Assembly (NCBI GenBank): GCA_964057225.1
Contig: OZ059895.1
Span: 7,626,001 to 7,690,000, forward strand
Direction of reading: 5' to 3'
Origin: Auanema rhodensis
Taxonomy: Eukaryota; Animalia; Nematoda
Length of the DNA: 64,000 nt
Part shown: positions 26,064-38,547 of the stretch, piece by piece
Layout: every line of letters starts with the position of its first letter
How positions within the stretch are numbered: the first letter of the stretch is position 1
Notes under the pieces: model-generated
The model's input: the letters and a program-made list of their open reading frames with translations, nothing else
Databases searched by the model: none
What the model was told of the DNA's origin: nothing
Made by a program: the position numbers and the translations under genes

Positions 26064-29000
26064 TCATGCAACAACTGCCATCGACCCATTATCAGATCTG
26101 GTGTCCTTGATTTGAAGTGGACTCTTTTCGATTATGCCATTCTTTTTATCACCGAAGCCATTTTCAAGACAGGTCCTCTTTGATGGAGGGCTCTAAAAAT
26201 ATTACTACGTAAACAGCTAGTTGATAAATAGTTACGTCGTCTCGGCTTGTTCCTCTTTTTCCTCCTTTACCTACTTGAGCTACAGGAACAACATGTGTAT
26301 CTCCATTTATGTTAGCTTTATCGCTTCCGGTATCTACGTTATCAGCAGAAACATCGCTGGATTCCTCTTCGAGCTCAGATTTTACCGATGACTTTTTACC
26401 TAAAGTAATTAATAAAACTTTTTCCAATCAAAAATTTTACTTACAGTTTTTATTCTCAGTGTTGGAAGAATTTCCAGATGCCGCAGATACTTCTAATTTA
26501 CTAAGAGCTCCTTGAATTTCATAGAGAATATCAGCGAACATTCCTGCTACACGAGAATCCATCTAGGAAAAAAAGTAAAAAAATTAATGTTTTGAAAATA
26601 ACTTACCAATTGACTCATTGTAAATTGTAGTAGTCGTTGTTGATGCTTTAAGTAATACTTATACGCTTCAGGCACCTTGATCAAATTCCGAAGAATGGTA
26701 GCTGCCCTTCTTAGCATTCCTACAGATGTACCCATCATTTCTGGATTCTCTCTAAGAGCAGCGATTCCATGACTTTGCATAACTTGATGCATTGTTTGAT
26801 CGGCATGCTCGATGAAGGCAATTAAATGTGGAATGACAGTTGTATCATGAGCAGTGACAAAGCAAACTGCTTCAGATGCATTACATAGTGCGTTGAGAAT
26901 AACTATGGCGAATTCTCTGAAAACTTATCATATACACAAATATATCTTACTCTTTTACCTGTTATGAGAATCTTCTGACAAGTTCACCAACTTCGTCAGG
27001 ACATGGGCAAACTTTTCTAACCTGGGCCATGATCCCGTGGATATTAACATGTCTACATTTCTTTCCAAAACAGACATTTTACAAAGAATTTCCAAACAGT
27101 AGTTTCTTCAAAAAAAAGTTATAAGTAACGGGTATTCACAACAATACTTACCTCACAGAAGTTGCTGCAGGTGGAATAGGGTCAATAGCTTCGGGAACAC
27201 TAGATACACTCCACCTCAACAATCCATCGTAAATTGGATAAGACAGGGTATCGTCGACATCAAAAAGATCAAGCTGGAAGTACAATATTTATCGACATAA
27301 TCAATGAAAATACTTACCGAAGCACTCATATGGCACAACATAACAAAAGCATCATCTCTAAGTTGTTGAGCAGTTTCAACCAACAAACGCTCCCTATTGT
27401 CATCATGTTCCAAAAGAGCTACTGCTTTAGCACGAGAAACCTCATAGGATTCGCGTTCAGGAAGAGATCCATCCTAAGAAATAAAATTTCATGTAAAGAC
27501 ATATCATCTTTGAACGTACCGGTTCAACTTTAGTAGGCTTAATTCTAGTTACACGAACTTCCTGTGCCATCAAAGACAAAAACCTGCCAATCATAAAGAG
27601 TACACCATTATGTCTACAGAGAAGTTGTTCATTTCCAGGTAAGAAAGAAAAACCCCGTAAAATGTTAGAAAGAGCTAACGCTCTCATTGCCTGAATAGAG
27701 ACAAAACATAAAATAAATACTTAGAAAATATTCTCACAAGTCTATAGAAGAATTCATCCTTCTCACTAAGAGCACTATGGCGAGGCCATCTAAGTTCATA
27801 TTCTATAGGTACATCAGATAGTTCGACTTTTTTAGACCTCCGATATAATAAAATCTCAGGAACATCCTGCAACAGAAATGATTGTTAAATAAAAGTTTTT
27901 ATAAAACTACTTCATCATCATCTGGGACTTCTTGCTTAACGTTAATATCCGTGGGGACAACTGCATCCGTACTCTCATCAGAGGGATGCAGTGAAAATCT
28001 TGGTCCTGGTTCAGCGCTTGACGCCTCCCATTCAGCCTTTAATCTTGAGGCAATTCTTTCAGCAAGGCCACCACCAAGACCTAGTTTAGATCTTTCTTCA
28101 ACATAAGATGTAGTTAAAGATTCTATAATTAAATAATTCAGTAAGAGAAAAATAATAGATTCAAACCGTCGCTTTCGACACTTGTGCTTTGTTCTAACAT
28201 TATTCGACGTTTTAGCGATTCAGGCATCTCGGCTTCTTTTACTTGAACTTTCCGCCCGTTTCGAGATTGCTAGAACCAAAATTTACAAAAATTATTCAGT
28301 GAAAATACACTTACCTTGGTATAGTTTACTTTCTTTTCAACGTTTTTTACATTAACAAGATGTTTTACTTCTTGCCGAATAGTTGAAGCCAGTATAGTCA
28401 TCATACTATCAGATAGAGTATCTTGAGCGAAAACTTGTTTACGAGTCGGTTCCGTTAGCTAAAAATTTGATTTAAAAATTATTTGACTCAATAAAAAAAA
28501 TCAAGTGGGCTTACTGGGAATGTTTCGGGATAAAGTAAAGATAATGTGGCCCAGAAGTGTTCAATAATAACGTTCAAAATTGATGGTATTTGAGCAAGCG
28601 ATGGATGAGGATTAGTATCGTCATACAATAACACGTTTAATGCATTAATAGCCCAGATTGCTTCTGTCTCAAGTCCACTTCTAAGAGCCATAACCAAGCG
28701 CCTTGGAGTAGCCTTCAAATGAAATAAAAAATTTATATTTCTAAAAACTAACTCACATTTATTAAATCCCTAGCTAATAATTTCCTTCGTCTTTTTTGGC
28801 TTATAGTAGTAGCTTCAATGCTGCCAGCAGGGAATGTGTGTAAATGTGAAAAAGATGAAGTAGTTTGTTGAACTGACATAGCCTAAATAAACGGTTCAAA
28901 AAACGAAGAAAAAAAATCTGTACAGCTGATGGATATCCTGCTGGATGAGCCTGAGGACCCGGACGATGAGGGGTGGCAGGGGAAGGTGCATGAACTACAG

Positions 29001-30186
29001 GAGGAGCTGGAGCAGGAACTGGAGTAGGCGTTGCCATAGGTGGCGGTGGGTGCTAAATTGTTATAGTGAATTAATAAAATGGAATACAATATTCCTTACT
29101 CTCATCTTTTGTCCACCTGGGGAAGGAGCACTTGGCTGTGGGATTCGGGCATAGCCAAACCCTCTTTGCATTTGTTGAGCAGATCCCGGAGGAGGTTGAT
29201 TCGGATAACGATGCCACATCTAACCAAACTGTTTTATTAACATAAATGAATTATATAAAACCTGCTGTTGCTGTAGGTATTGCTGATGATGAGGGTGAGA
29301 TGGATGAGCAGCAGGATGAGGAGAGCTATAATGACCCGCAGGATGTCCAGGATGATACGGAGGATTTCCAGGATAGTTAGGATAGCCAGGAGGAACTGAA
29401 AAACGTTAAGTAAAAATTTAATAAATAAAATAAGGTACCTCCTGGGCGAGGAGGTCCACCACTGGGATACATAGGTGGTGGTTGTCCGTAATATTGTCCA
29501 TGAGGACCAGGTGGCCCACTTGGAGTTCCGGGAGCAGCTCCAGGATGATGAACATTAGCAGGACTAGGAGTTGGATGAGAAAGTGTAGATTGAACCGGAG
29601 TTGAAGACGACGCAGTCGGGGCGACGGGTGTGCTGTAGGTTAATAATTCTGATTTATATTGTTATACAAAAAATTACCTAGTAGATGGTTGAGTAGTATG
29701 AGTTGAAGCAACAGGAGCTGGAATAGGTGTACTAGCACCACCGGAAGGTTGTGGAGCCGATAAAGACTCTGACTGAATATCAGTAGCGCTAGCTTCACAA
29801 CCAGCACTCATTCGCGAAGAACTATCCGGAGTAGCTGCGCTAGGAGGTGGCCCAGCACTTGGAGCCCTACTACCGCTTTGACTGCCTGTGTTTTCAATCT
29901 ATAATAAATATAATTTTTAAACAATAAAAAATATTTTACCTGAGATGTTTGAGGAGTTGCAGGCTGAACAGACGAAGGTCCTGCATGACTACTAGGAGTA
30001 GCAGGTTGGCTATTTTGAGAAATAGCTTGAAGGTTTTGCTGCGGTAATAGAGGTTCTGATTCAGAAGGAGTGGATGGTTGCGCTGGTGTAGGGATTTGAG
30101 ACTGTTGTTGATGCTGTTGTTGTTGTTGCTGTTGTTGTTGCTGTTGTTGTTGCTGCTGTTGCTGTTGGTGCTGTTGGTGCTGCTGC

Positions 30187-30229
<43 letters not shown>

Positions 30230-33200
30230 GCTGTTGTTGTTGCTGCTGCTGCTGCTGAGATTGTTGAGCTTGTTGCTGTTGAGCTTGTTGCTGTTGAGGT
30301 AGTTGCTGTTGAGGCTGTAGATTTAAAAGTGATTAGTTTTTAAAATGTTTAATCAAACCTGCATTGGAGGACCCATATGTTGTTGAGGATGAGGGGCACG
30401 CATAGGCGTAACTCCAGGCATCCTTTGATAATGTCCGCCAGAAGGGTAATGTCCAGGAGGACCACCTGGATAGCCTGGAGGTGGTGGACCGTAGCTTTGA
30501 TGATAAAAGGGATGTGATTCCATTCCTGGATGTCCAGGAGGAGGCGGATATGATCCTGGCTGACCGGGCGCACCTTGAGGCGCACCAGGATGCTGAGCAG
30601 CACCTGGGGCACCAGGAGGTCCAGGAGGTCCAGGTTGAGCACCTACAAAAGTAGATTTATAATCGCATAAAAAAGATTTTATTTTATTTGCTTGAATATA
30701 CCATATATTCTCCAATCGGGAATCATATATCCCCGCGAACGCAGATAAGCTTCTTTTTGCATATATTGTTGATGTAATATATTAGAAGATTGGAATGGAG
30801 GATTTGGCGAGACACTAAGGTTCGTAGGATAGCCAGGAACGTTATATGTTGGTATTACATGAGGCATATTATATGGATTAGGTACGTAATTAGCATTCGA
30901 GTACGAGTCTGAGTACCACATAGCCGGTGGGCCCGTATTACAACTTCCACTACTGTGTTGCGGAACTACATGCGTAAAAGTAGGTACCGAGCTAGCAGCA
31001 GAGCTGCCAGCATTATCGTTTGCACCTGACTGCGAAATGTTGAAGCAAGTCTAAAACGTTCCCTTATGATATAGATTACAAACACAAAAAGAGCCGAATA
31101 ACGACCTAACAATCTACATAATAAGAAAAATTCTGCGCTCAAACTAACTATCAAATGTGAATAGAATTATCATCTACTGAATAATATTGGCAAGATTTTG
31201 AGTGAGTGATGCAGACATAGAGAGCAAGGCCTCGCTTCATAATCGTGGAGACGCAGGGAAACAAAGCTATGATTAGAGAACCCAGCAACGCGAGCTAATC
31301 AAGAGAGGGTTTCTATTGGCAGCAGGATTGCACATCGGAAACACCTAATATGCAGCTGGCATGAAAGCAAGAAGAACATAATCTTCAGAAGGCCTTCAGC
31401 CTCCTAATGATTTGTAACAAATCCAGGCCGTACCAGAGAATACACATATTTTATATCATACATTACATGAAAATTTTTTTTTTTCATAAAATATATAATC
31501 TCTGATAGGGTCTAAGTGAAATCATGATAAAATAATTAGCGCATTCATCTGTTAATTAATGAAACAGAATTAATCTCATTAACAGAAAATAAATAGTAAT
31601 ACAGTACTAGAATTTTTAAAATCATGGTTATTCGAAGTAAAAGTCTTGGATAAATATAACAGAACAAAATTATGACGTGATCTTAACTAAGGCAGCATGA
31701 TTATGCTTCTATTTCTGTATAATAATAACAGTGGGCAGAAGCTGCTATCGTTGCCATAGAGACCTTGATCAGTCACGTTGTCCACCTATGCTCATATCTC
31801 ATTAGCGTCCGCCCCGGGACTCGTCGAAATTCATAGAGGATTTTTAGTTATTGTTTTAAAACATTCGCTGTTTGTCTTTAAAAATTACCTGCGAAAGTTG
31901 GTGTTTGAGAAGCTGCAGCAGGTTCTTTTCTCCTTTGTCTTTTTAATTTATCAGCAAATGCAACCGCGTCGTCAGCGTTCTTGCCAGTTTCTACACATTC
32001 TAGTAGAAGCAAATGCTTCTGATAATGCTTTCTCAATTGATATCCTGCTGCTGATGATTCAGAGATATCAGGATTAGCTTCGGCACAAACATTCTTCCAT
32101 GCCTTTTCTTTGGTAACCTGGAATAATCTTTTGATAAATATGACAAGACAAAATATCTCACCTGTTCAAATCCTCCTCTATTCCTCACGGCAATGTACAG
32201 TCGATGCAGATCAACATTTTGCTTGGATACTTGCGGTACCATAGTAATAGGTTCACCGGTTTGTTCACAGAATGATACTAATCTTTCAAAAAAAGCACGC
32301 CTTTCTGGCATAACTCTAGGTGGGTTGGCTGCTGTGGGAGGCCCAACCTATCAAGAATTTTGATATAATTTTTTAAGAATACTCACACAAACCAATTTAT
32401 CTATAATGCTATCCTTCCTCTGCATCATTGGGGGTGGTACAACTGGGGCTTGCATTATTACTGGGTGCATTGCTTGATGAGCAGGAGGTATTCCTGGATG
32501 ACCTGGTGGCATCATTCCTTGATGCATGCCAGGTGGCATCTGTTGAGAACCTGGAGGACCAGGAGGGCCTGGAGGTGGCCCTGCTATTGGCCTTTGAGGT
32601 TGCGACTGCTGAAGTTCTATTTTATAGAAGTGATAAATACAAATTCAAACCTGAGCATGATTCTGCCATGAAGGTGATTCCATTCTAGATTTTTCATCCA
32701 TACTTTCGTCCGCAATTGATGAAGGAGCTGGACTGGGAGCTGGCATGTTAGAAACAGGTGTCGATGCATTAGTTTGTGATTCCTACAACATAATAAGAAT
32801 ATGATTTCAGTTAAACGTTCGTACCATCATTTTCTTTTGCTGTGGCCACTCCATAGGTCCTGGTCCAGGGGGCATCCTTCCAAAATCTGCTTGATGCATG
32901 GCCCCTGGTCGAACCATTTGCTGATACGGTGGATATCCTTGTGGTGTTGGTGCGTGCCCGTAAGTTGGGGGATATCCTGCATAAGCTGGATGAACGCCAG
33001 GCCTGGGAACCATATATGGATGAGGATAGCCTTGCGAGGGATATCCTTGTGGTGGAGGCTGTGGGGGCATACCCTGTGCTTGTGGGGGAAGTTCACCGCC
33101 TTAAAATCAAAAGCATTAAAAATTTGATAAAAGAATAGTGATACCTGCTTGTGACGGTGACCGAGGTTGCTGCCATTCTTGATTTTGTACTCCTGCCACT

Positions 33201-35503
33201 TGTGGATGCACTTTTGGTGTAGCTCCATTGTGCAACCCATCCTGTAAAAGAAAATTAAGATAAACGTGACGATTTTGTTAGCCAGAAGCTGTAGTAGTAG
33301 AAATGATCTCACACATTTTATTAAAGTGACATTTGTAAGCCCACACAATATAGTAAAGGCCAATAACTGAACACGAATCGTGTCATTCAAGAGAGATGAC
33401 TTTTCTTTTTTCGATCATTTTCCCATGATCCCACTTCGCGTACAAACAATCTATACTCAACAAACCGTTGTGCATAATTGGTTTCAAATGTATAACTTAT
33501 GTTTACATATAGAAGACCTCTACGTACTCCGACGTGTTTTACATAATTAACTTTCCACTTTCGTCCTCTTCAACTTCATATATAAAATGTAATTACAGAT
33601 ATAACGTGTGAAAAATTGATGAACAAATTTCACAACTTATCTACCAGTCAAGATATTCATTTCATGCTTTCAAGCAATGTTTCTCTGTAGTTTTTTATGC
33701 CTCTCAGCCTATTATCATAAATCAGAATCCATTGTTTTGAATGGCACGTAAGAAAGACGATATAGACGCATCTTGTCATCAGTGCATTTATTCGGTCCCT
33801 GTCCGTACTCTCTTAGTTCGAAGCGCTATCTAACAACCCTCGCGTCCGCTTTCCATTCTTCCCCTTGCTTCTTTCAATCGCATACGGGTTAGCCTCAGAC
33901 AGAAGGGTCAGGCGATATACAATGGAAGAGACATGGCAGGCAAACCACACAAATAGCGCTAGAGACGCAGATAGGAGAGTTATTTGCATTCGCTCGCCAG
34001 GCCTTGCTACGATCGATTGGAAAAGCAGTTATGTGGCGCTCCAGCATGTGTCCTCTGAAGTAGAAATGCTATTTCACTCCAATGCATCTATACCCTCCAC
34101 CATCTCACTTCTATCATTTCTGTACTCAAACGAAATGTTCAGGAAAAGGACAGCTCCAAGAAAATCAGAGTAAAGAGCATATATTTCTTGAAATAAATTT
34201 TCATGATATATTTAATAACTTCTAAATCATCATAAAAAATATACCTAAACCGTGGGAGAGATCATACAAATCGTGAGACTTAGAAAAAGAACTAGGTTTA
34301 TTCTCCCTGAATCTGGTACCGCACAAACATATAGTCAAGAGCAAGATGTAAATCTTCTAATTGTTGTCTATCATGTCTATTATCACATAATGCGCAAACT
34401 ATCTCTAGTTGTCGAGAGTGGACCAGTGACGTCATTCACGACACCTTCTCGTGGGAAAATATCATAGAACAGACAATACCACCCTAGTAGTTGTTCTGAA
34501 ACCCACGTGAACAGCATATCATAACATAAATAATGGACTTCATCACTTCCTTTAAAGACAGGAGAACACAGTGACAGCTTAATTCATACACAGCAACATG
34601 CAATGCCAAGCGTTAAAAAACGGAACACGATTCAACAGATACTCCTCAAAAAGAGATATCTATATAAAGCTTAAGATAATCCTTTCTATTTGCGTGACAA
34701 AGTCTCCCACGTGTTGTCTATGTTGTGATGTGAATTTGTCATCGAGGGAATTCCCCTATCCCTTGGGCAGATTAAAGATCGATGTTTGTTTGCGGTTGCA
34801 AAAAAGAACACGTGGGATGAGCAAGGTGGGTCTTTTATCATTAGTAAATGATACCAATTTGATCACGGAAATTGAATGCCCAAGATCAGTGCAAGCTCGC
34901 CCGTGTTTACTAAGCCATGGTTGCACCACGCTAAGTCAGTAGGCGTGCACCAGTCAAAAACAGTTCCTATATTCTCCAGTGATAGAAATCAAACCAACTA
35001 CACACAAAGTTTAAAAAACTACTGATATTGTGCAACAATGGATTTCAACAATATATTAGCTTGACTGTATTGCAATATTCCTATAACTAAGACAAATAGA
35101 AGATAAACTATTTCAAATAATTATTTAGCATAAAGCAAAAAAGGACAAATATAATGCTTATAATAAGCATTTTAATTTAAAGTAAAATTGCTAGATGAAT
35201 TATCCCCTACAACGCAGTAAAATCTACGCAATAATGTTCTCTATCAAGCAAATTATAATGACGACTAAAACAATCTACTAACCTGACTAGGATGGGGGGA
35301 AGGTGAAGCAATATCTCCACTACTTGCTGGTTTGCTGCTAAGAAGAGTGTTTAACGTTGGAGTTGTACCAGCCTAAAATTAAATTAATATTTATCGATAA
35401 AATTAGATTTGATGATAGAAAATTTTTCTTAAGACTGTAAGGTCCATAATGTAAATCATCCTACATTTGTATTGTCTTGGTGTCCGCCTTCGTTCGCAGA
35501 CAT
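26064..35503 (-). CDS. let-526: SWI/SNF BAF subunit ARID1/Osa (let-526), multi-exon
   Basis: Exon 1 MSANEGGHQDNTN (ATG 35503); exon 2 TPTLNTLL, the Osa/ARID1 LxxLL motif. ARID domain ERRAFFERL..VDLHRLYIAVRNRGGFEQVTKEKAW..SSAAGYQLRKHY. Pro/Gln-rich regions and a BAF250_C region (RRLVMALRSGLETEAIWAINALNVLLYDD; SNILRGFSFLPGNE; MMGTSVGMLRRAA). Stop at 26064. Confidence 0.95.
30102..30316 (-). repeat. CAA/CAG trinucleotide tract encoding poly-glutamine in ARID1
   Basis: About 200 bp of TTG/CTG on the + strand, in frame as Q with A/H/S/P interruptions in the ARID1 exon. Confidence 0.95.
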
Positions 35504-36593
35504 TTTTCCACAAGAAAATTCACGATAAGTCAGCTATTAACATGCAGATAACGCAGCTGAAACAAACAAAATAGAGCACTAATTTTATAAAATTTTTAGA
35601 ATTGAAAATAAAAAGAATAATTGAATTGTAAAATTAAAAATATTAAAAGAATAAAATAAAAATAACTAAATATAAAATAATTTAACCCTAATTCAGATAA
35701 AGGACATAGAGCGAGATTTGAATATAACGCACGCCCCCCCGCGACATAAACCTCGACCCGTTAAAATTTATTGCGTACTGCGTACGCCAAAAAATATTGT
35801 AGTAGAAAAATAGAAATATCATTATTTCTTCCTTTCTTTTCATGTTAACTTACTATTTTAAAAAGTTAGTTATAGTTACTTTTAGATTTGCGCGTTTTTA
35901 ATTAGTTTTGTATTAAATATAATAATATTTGGTAAGTAACGTGGATATAATCCTAATTACTTCCACATCTCAATATTTCTGCCAAAATGAGCATCAACAC
36001 AATAAGAATGTTATGTATTGTGCAGATTGAGCATTCGTGGGATATTTAAAAGCGTGAGAGTCGTTTTTCTGTTCGAATAATCGGCGGCATCGGGCGAGGG
36101 CCGTTCGACCGCTTATTAATGAATAGACTTGTGCGTAAAGAGAGAGATAGGTCGTCTACGCAATATCAGCCAGAAAAAAAAAACATATAAAGTAATCGAA
36201 GAAGACTTGTATATAGAGAAGAGGCAGGCCGAGAAGGGGAGAGCGGTGGTTCGTTGGTGGCGGCCTCAGTGGGAGCGCGAGCCAGCCCCTCCCCCTATCG
36301 ATCGGTGGTTGGCGACCCCGATCGGCCGCTATTTTGCCCTCTAGCGCCCTATAGGGCATAAGCATTTTTTTCAATTTCTTCCACTTGTTGCCCTCTTTCT
36401 CATTGGTCACTATCTTCAATAACAGATTTGTAGTTTGCTCGCATCTCATTACTAGCGTCGCGACGCTACTCCGACCGCACCGCGTTGATACACAACTAGG
36501 CGTCATGTGCGCGCTCCTATCTAGAATCCACTCCGTCATCGGCCCTCCGCGCGATTCACAAACAAAAGGACTCGATGGCCTCACTCCATCTGT

Positions 36594-36749
36594 TTTTCGT
36601 CTGCGTCTCTGCATTCAACAACTATGTCGTTAACTCTCTTTCTAATACGCTATGGGCCCTCCATAAATAACATAGTCTTTCGCATGTGTCTAGCTAAAGA
36701 AAGAGAGGCAATAAATTTGAAGTCACAATTGTTTTTCGTCTGCGTCTCT
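36594..36749 (+). promoter_or_regulatory. Two ESRE motifs (TCTGCGTCTCT) in the ARID1/DDA1 divergent promoter
   Basis: Perfect TCTGCGTCTCT at 36600-36610 and 36739-36749, both preceded by TTTTTCG. Confidence 0.6.
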
Positions 36750-36925
36750 AAGCAGTCTTCTTTGATTATACCAGTCTCTCATGGCTGCTAGAAAAAAAAA
36801 AGAGATGAATCTTCAGAAACTTATGAAAAATTAAGGAAAAATTATAAGTAGCTATTTGTTATATGAAAACAGTTAATATGTGCTTCTAGCTCGAAGTTTG
36901 ATAGACCATGTTTTCTCTTTTCTAG

Positions 36926-37292
36926 ATGTCTTTCCTGGAAGACTTACCTTCGACTGATCCCAAAAATTTTAGTCAGATGACTGGATCGAAGATAGTTGTA
37001 AGTTCAACAAATGTGTCAAAAAACTGCTGATTTCAGACAGGTGATCCTAAAGTAGCTCATCACGTTCCTATCAGAAGTAATGAAATATCCATTACAAACG
37101 AGAAGAAAACTTTCGTATTACGCTACTTGGAGAAACACTATCGTGCTCGTGAGGTAGTTTATCCAATTGGTAAAATGAAGCATGATATGATCTTTGAAGA
37201 TTAAAGCCGCTGAAAAGGAGAAAAAATCTAGGAAACGCGCGGATGAAGAACCATCTAGCCCTAATCTACAGACAAAACTTAGAAAGCGTTAA
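36926..37292 (+). CDS. DDA1: DET1- and DDB1-associated protein 1, 3 exons (absent from the ORF track)
   Basis: MSFLEDLPSTDPKNFS..ITNEKKTFVLRYLEKHY..KSRKRA matches the DDA1 pattern FLxxLPxxxxxNFS..I.TEK..LLRYL. The ATG directly follows a TTTCTAG acceptor. Confidence 0.85.
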
Positions 37293-38547
37293 ACGACACC
37301 CTGTAATATGATTACTTCCTGAACGGGTTTTATTTCAAAAGAATCTAACAATTGTTAAAATTTGCCTCTTGTCTATGTTTTAAGCAGTTGAAAATCTTAA
37401 CAGTTTTATATTGTTATTTGTTTTCGCCAAAATAAAAATGCTAAGGAACATTGAGTTCCTATATTAATTGTTAGCCTGCGGTCTTGATACGATGATACTC
37501 GATTCAGATTCAAAGTCATGCTATCTATGCTTAAGGGCAGCGGAATGTTTAATTGTACAATACGTAAAGGACTAATAATGAAATGTTTCCGAAGAACAGT
37601 TAAATCTAAAGTTCTAGTGATAGATAAGACAAACAGAACCCTTGCCTGATTAAAATTATTTCGAAATAAAATCCGATAACTTGAAGAATTAATTTTATCA
37701 AAAATGAAAGTTTTTTTAGCGGTAAAAATAGTTTTGAGAAACTTAGATACTCTTATACTATGCAAGAATATTAAATGTATTTAAGGTAGTATACGTATGA
37801 CTCATAGTCAAATTATTATCAGAAGCTTTAATCAACATTACAAAATCGGCCGGTTAATTAACTCAAATAAATTGAATATGATTTTTGTTAGTATTCATAT
37901 ACAAATATAATCGAAGAAGGCTCAACAGTAAGATTAGTGGCTCGCGAAGGCTCAATAAAGTGCTACAAACTGAATTAGAAACCAAATTTTATACAACACA
38001 CTTTTAGTAGTACAACAATGAGAAATGTTTCCTCAGATTCCTACTTGTTGAAGTAATAACAATATCGTTTAAAATAAACAGTAACTTAAATTTACTACAG
38101 TATGTTTTTGTAGAAATTAAATTCCTACGTATTATAATATTACGTACACCTTTATAATTGAACGAAAATAATTTAATTTTTAACGATTGACAGTAATCTT
38201 ATGAATATCATCTTAATAATGATGAATAACTCTTTATGAGTGTTGTGTTTTATGCAAATATCAAAAAAAAACTAAGTGGTAAAGTTTATAGTTTTAGAAT
38301 AGACAAAAAAATTGAGAAACTAGCAGTAAAAGTACGCATTCAAATAGACGTATCTATTTTCATGGAGACGTTACTGACGTCAGTAAATTATATTATATCA
38401 ATGATTGTAAATTACCTGGCTTTATTGTATTTTTAAGAATCTAGTATATTCAAAAATTAAATTAACTTATGGCTTTTTTGTTGATATATATTTAAGATCT
38501 TTCAATTTTAGTTTTTTAAAATATGATGTATTCAGGGGTTAAACGCA

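Noticed and set aside
30078-30302. Poly-leucine ORF on the + strand
   Set aside because: Antisense reading of the ARID1 poly-Q tract.
36333-36350. CTCF-like motif CGCTAGAGGGCA on the - strand
   Set aside because: A single match in a GC-rich patch; CTCF is reported lost in derived nematodes, so there is no supporting evidence.
36129-36633. ORFs 36129-36344, 36156-36614 and 36385-36633
   Set aside because: By-products of high GC in the promoter island; no recognisable domains or splice structure.
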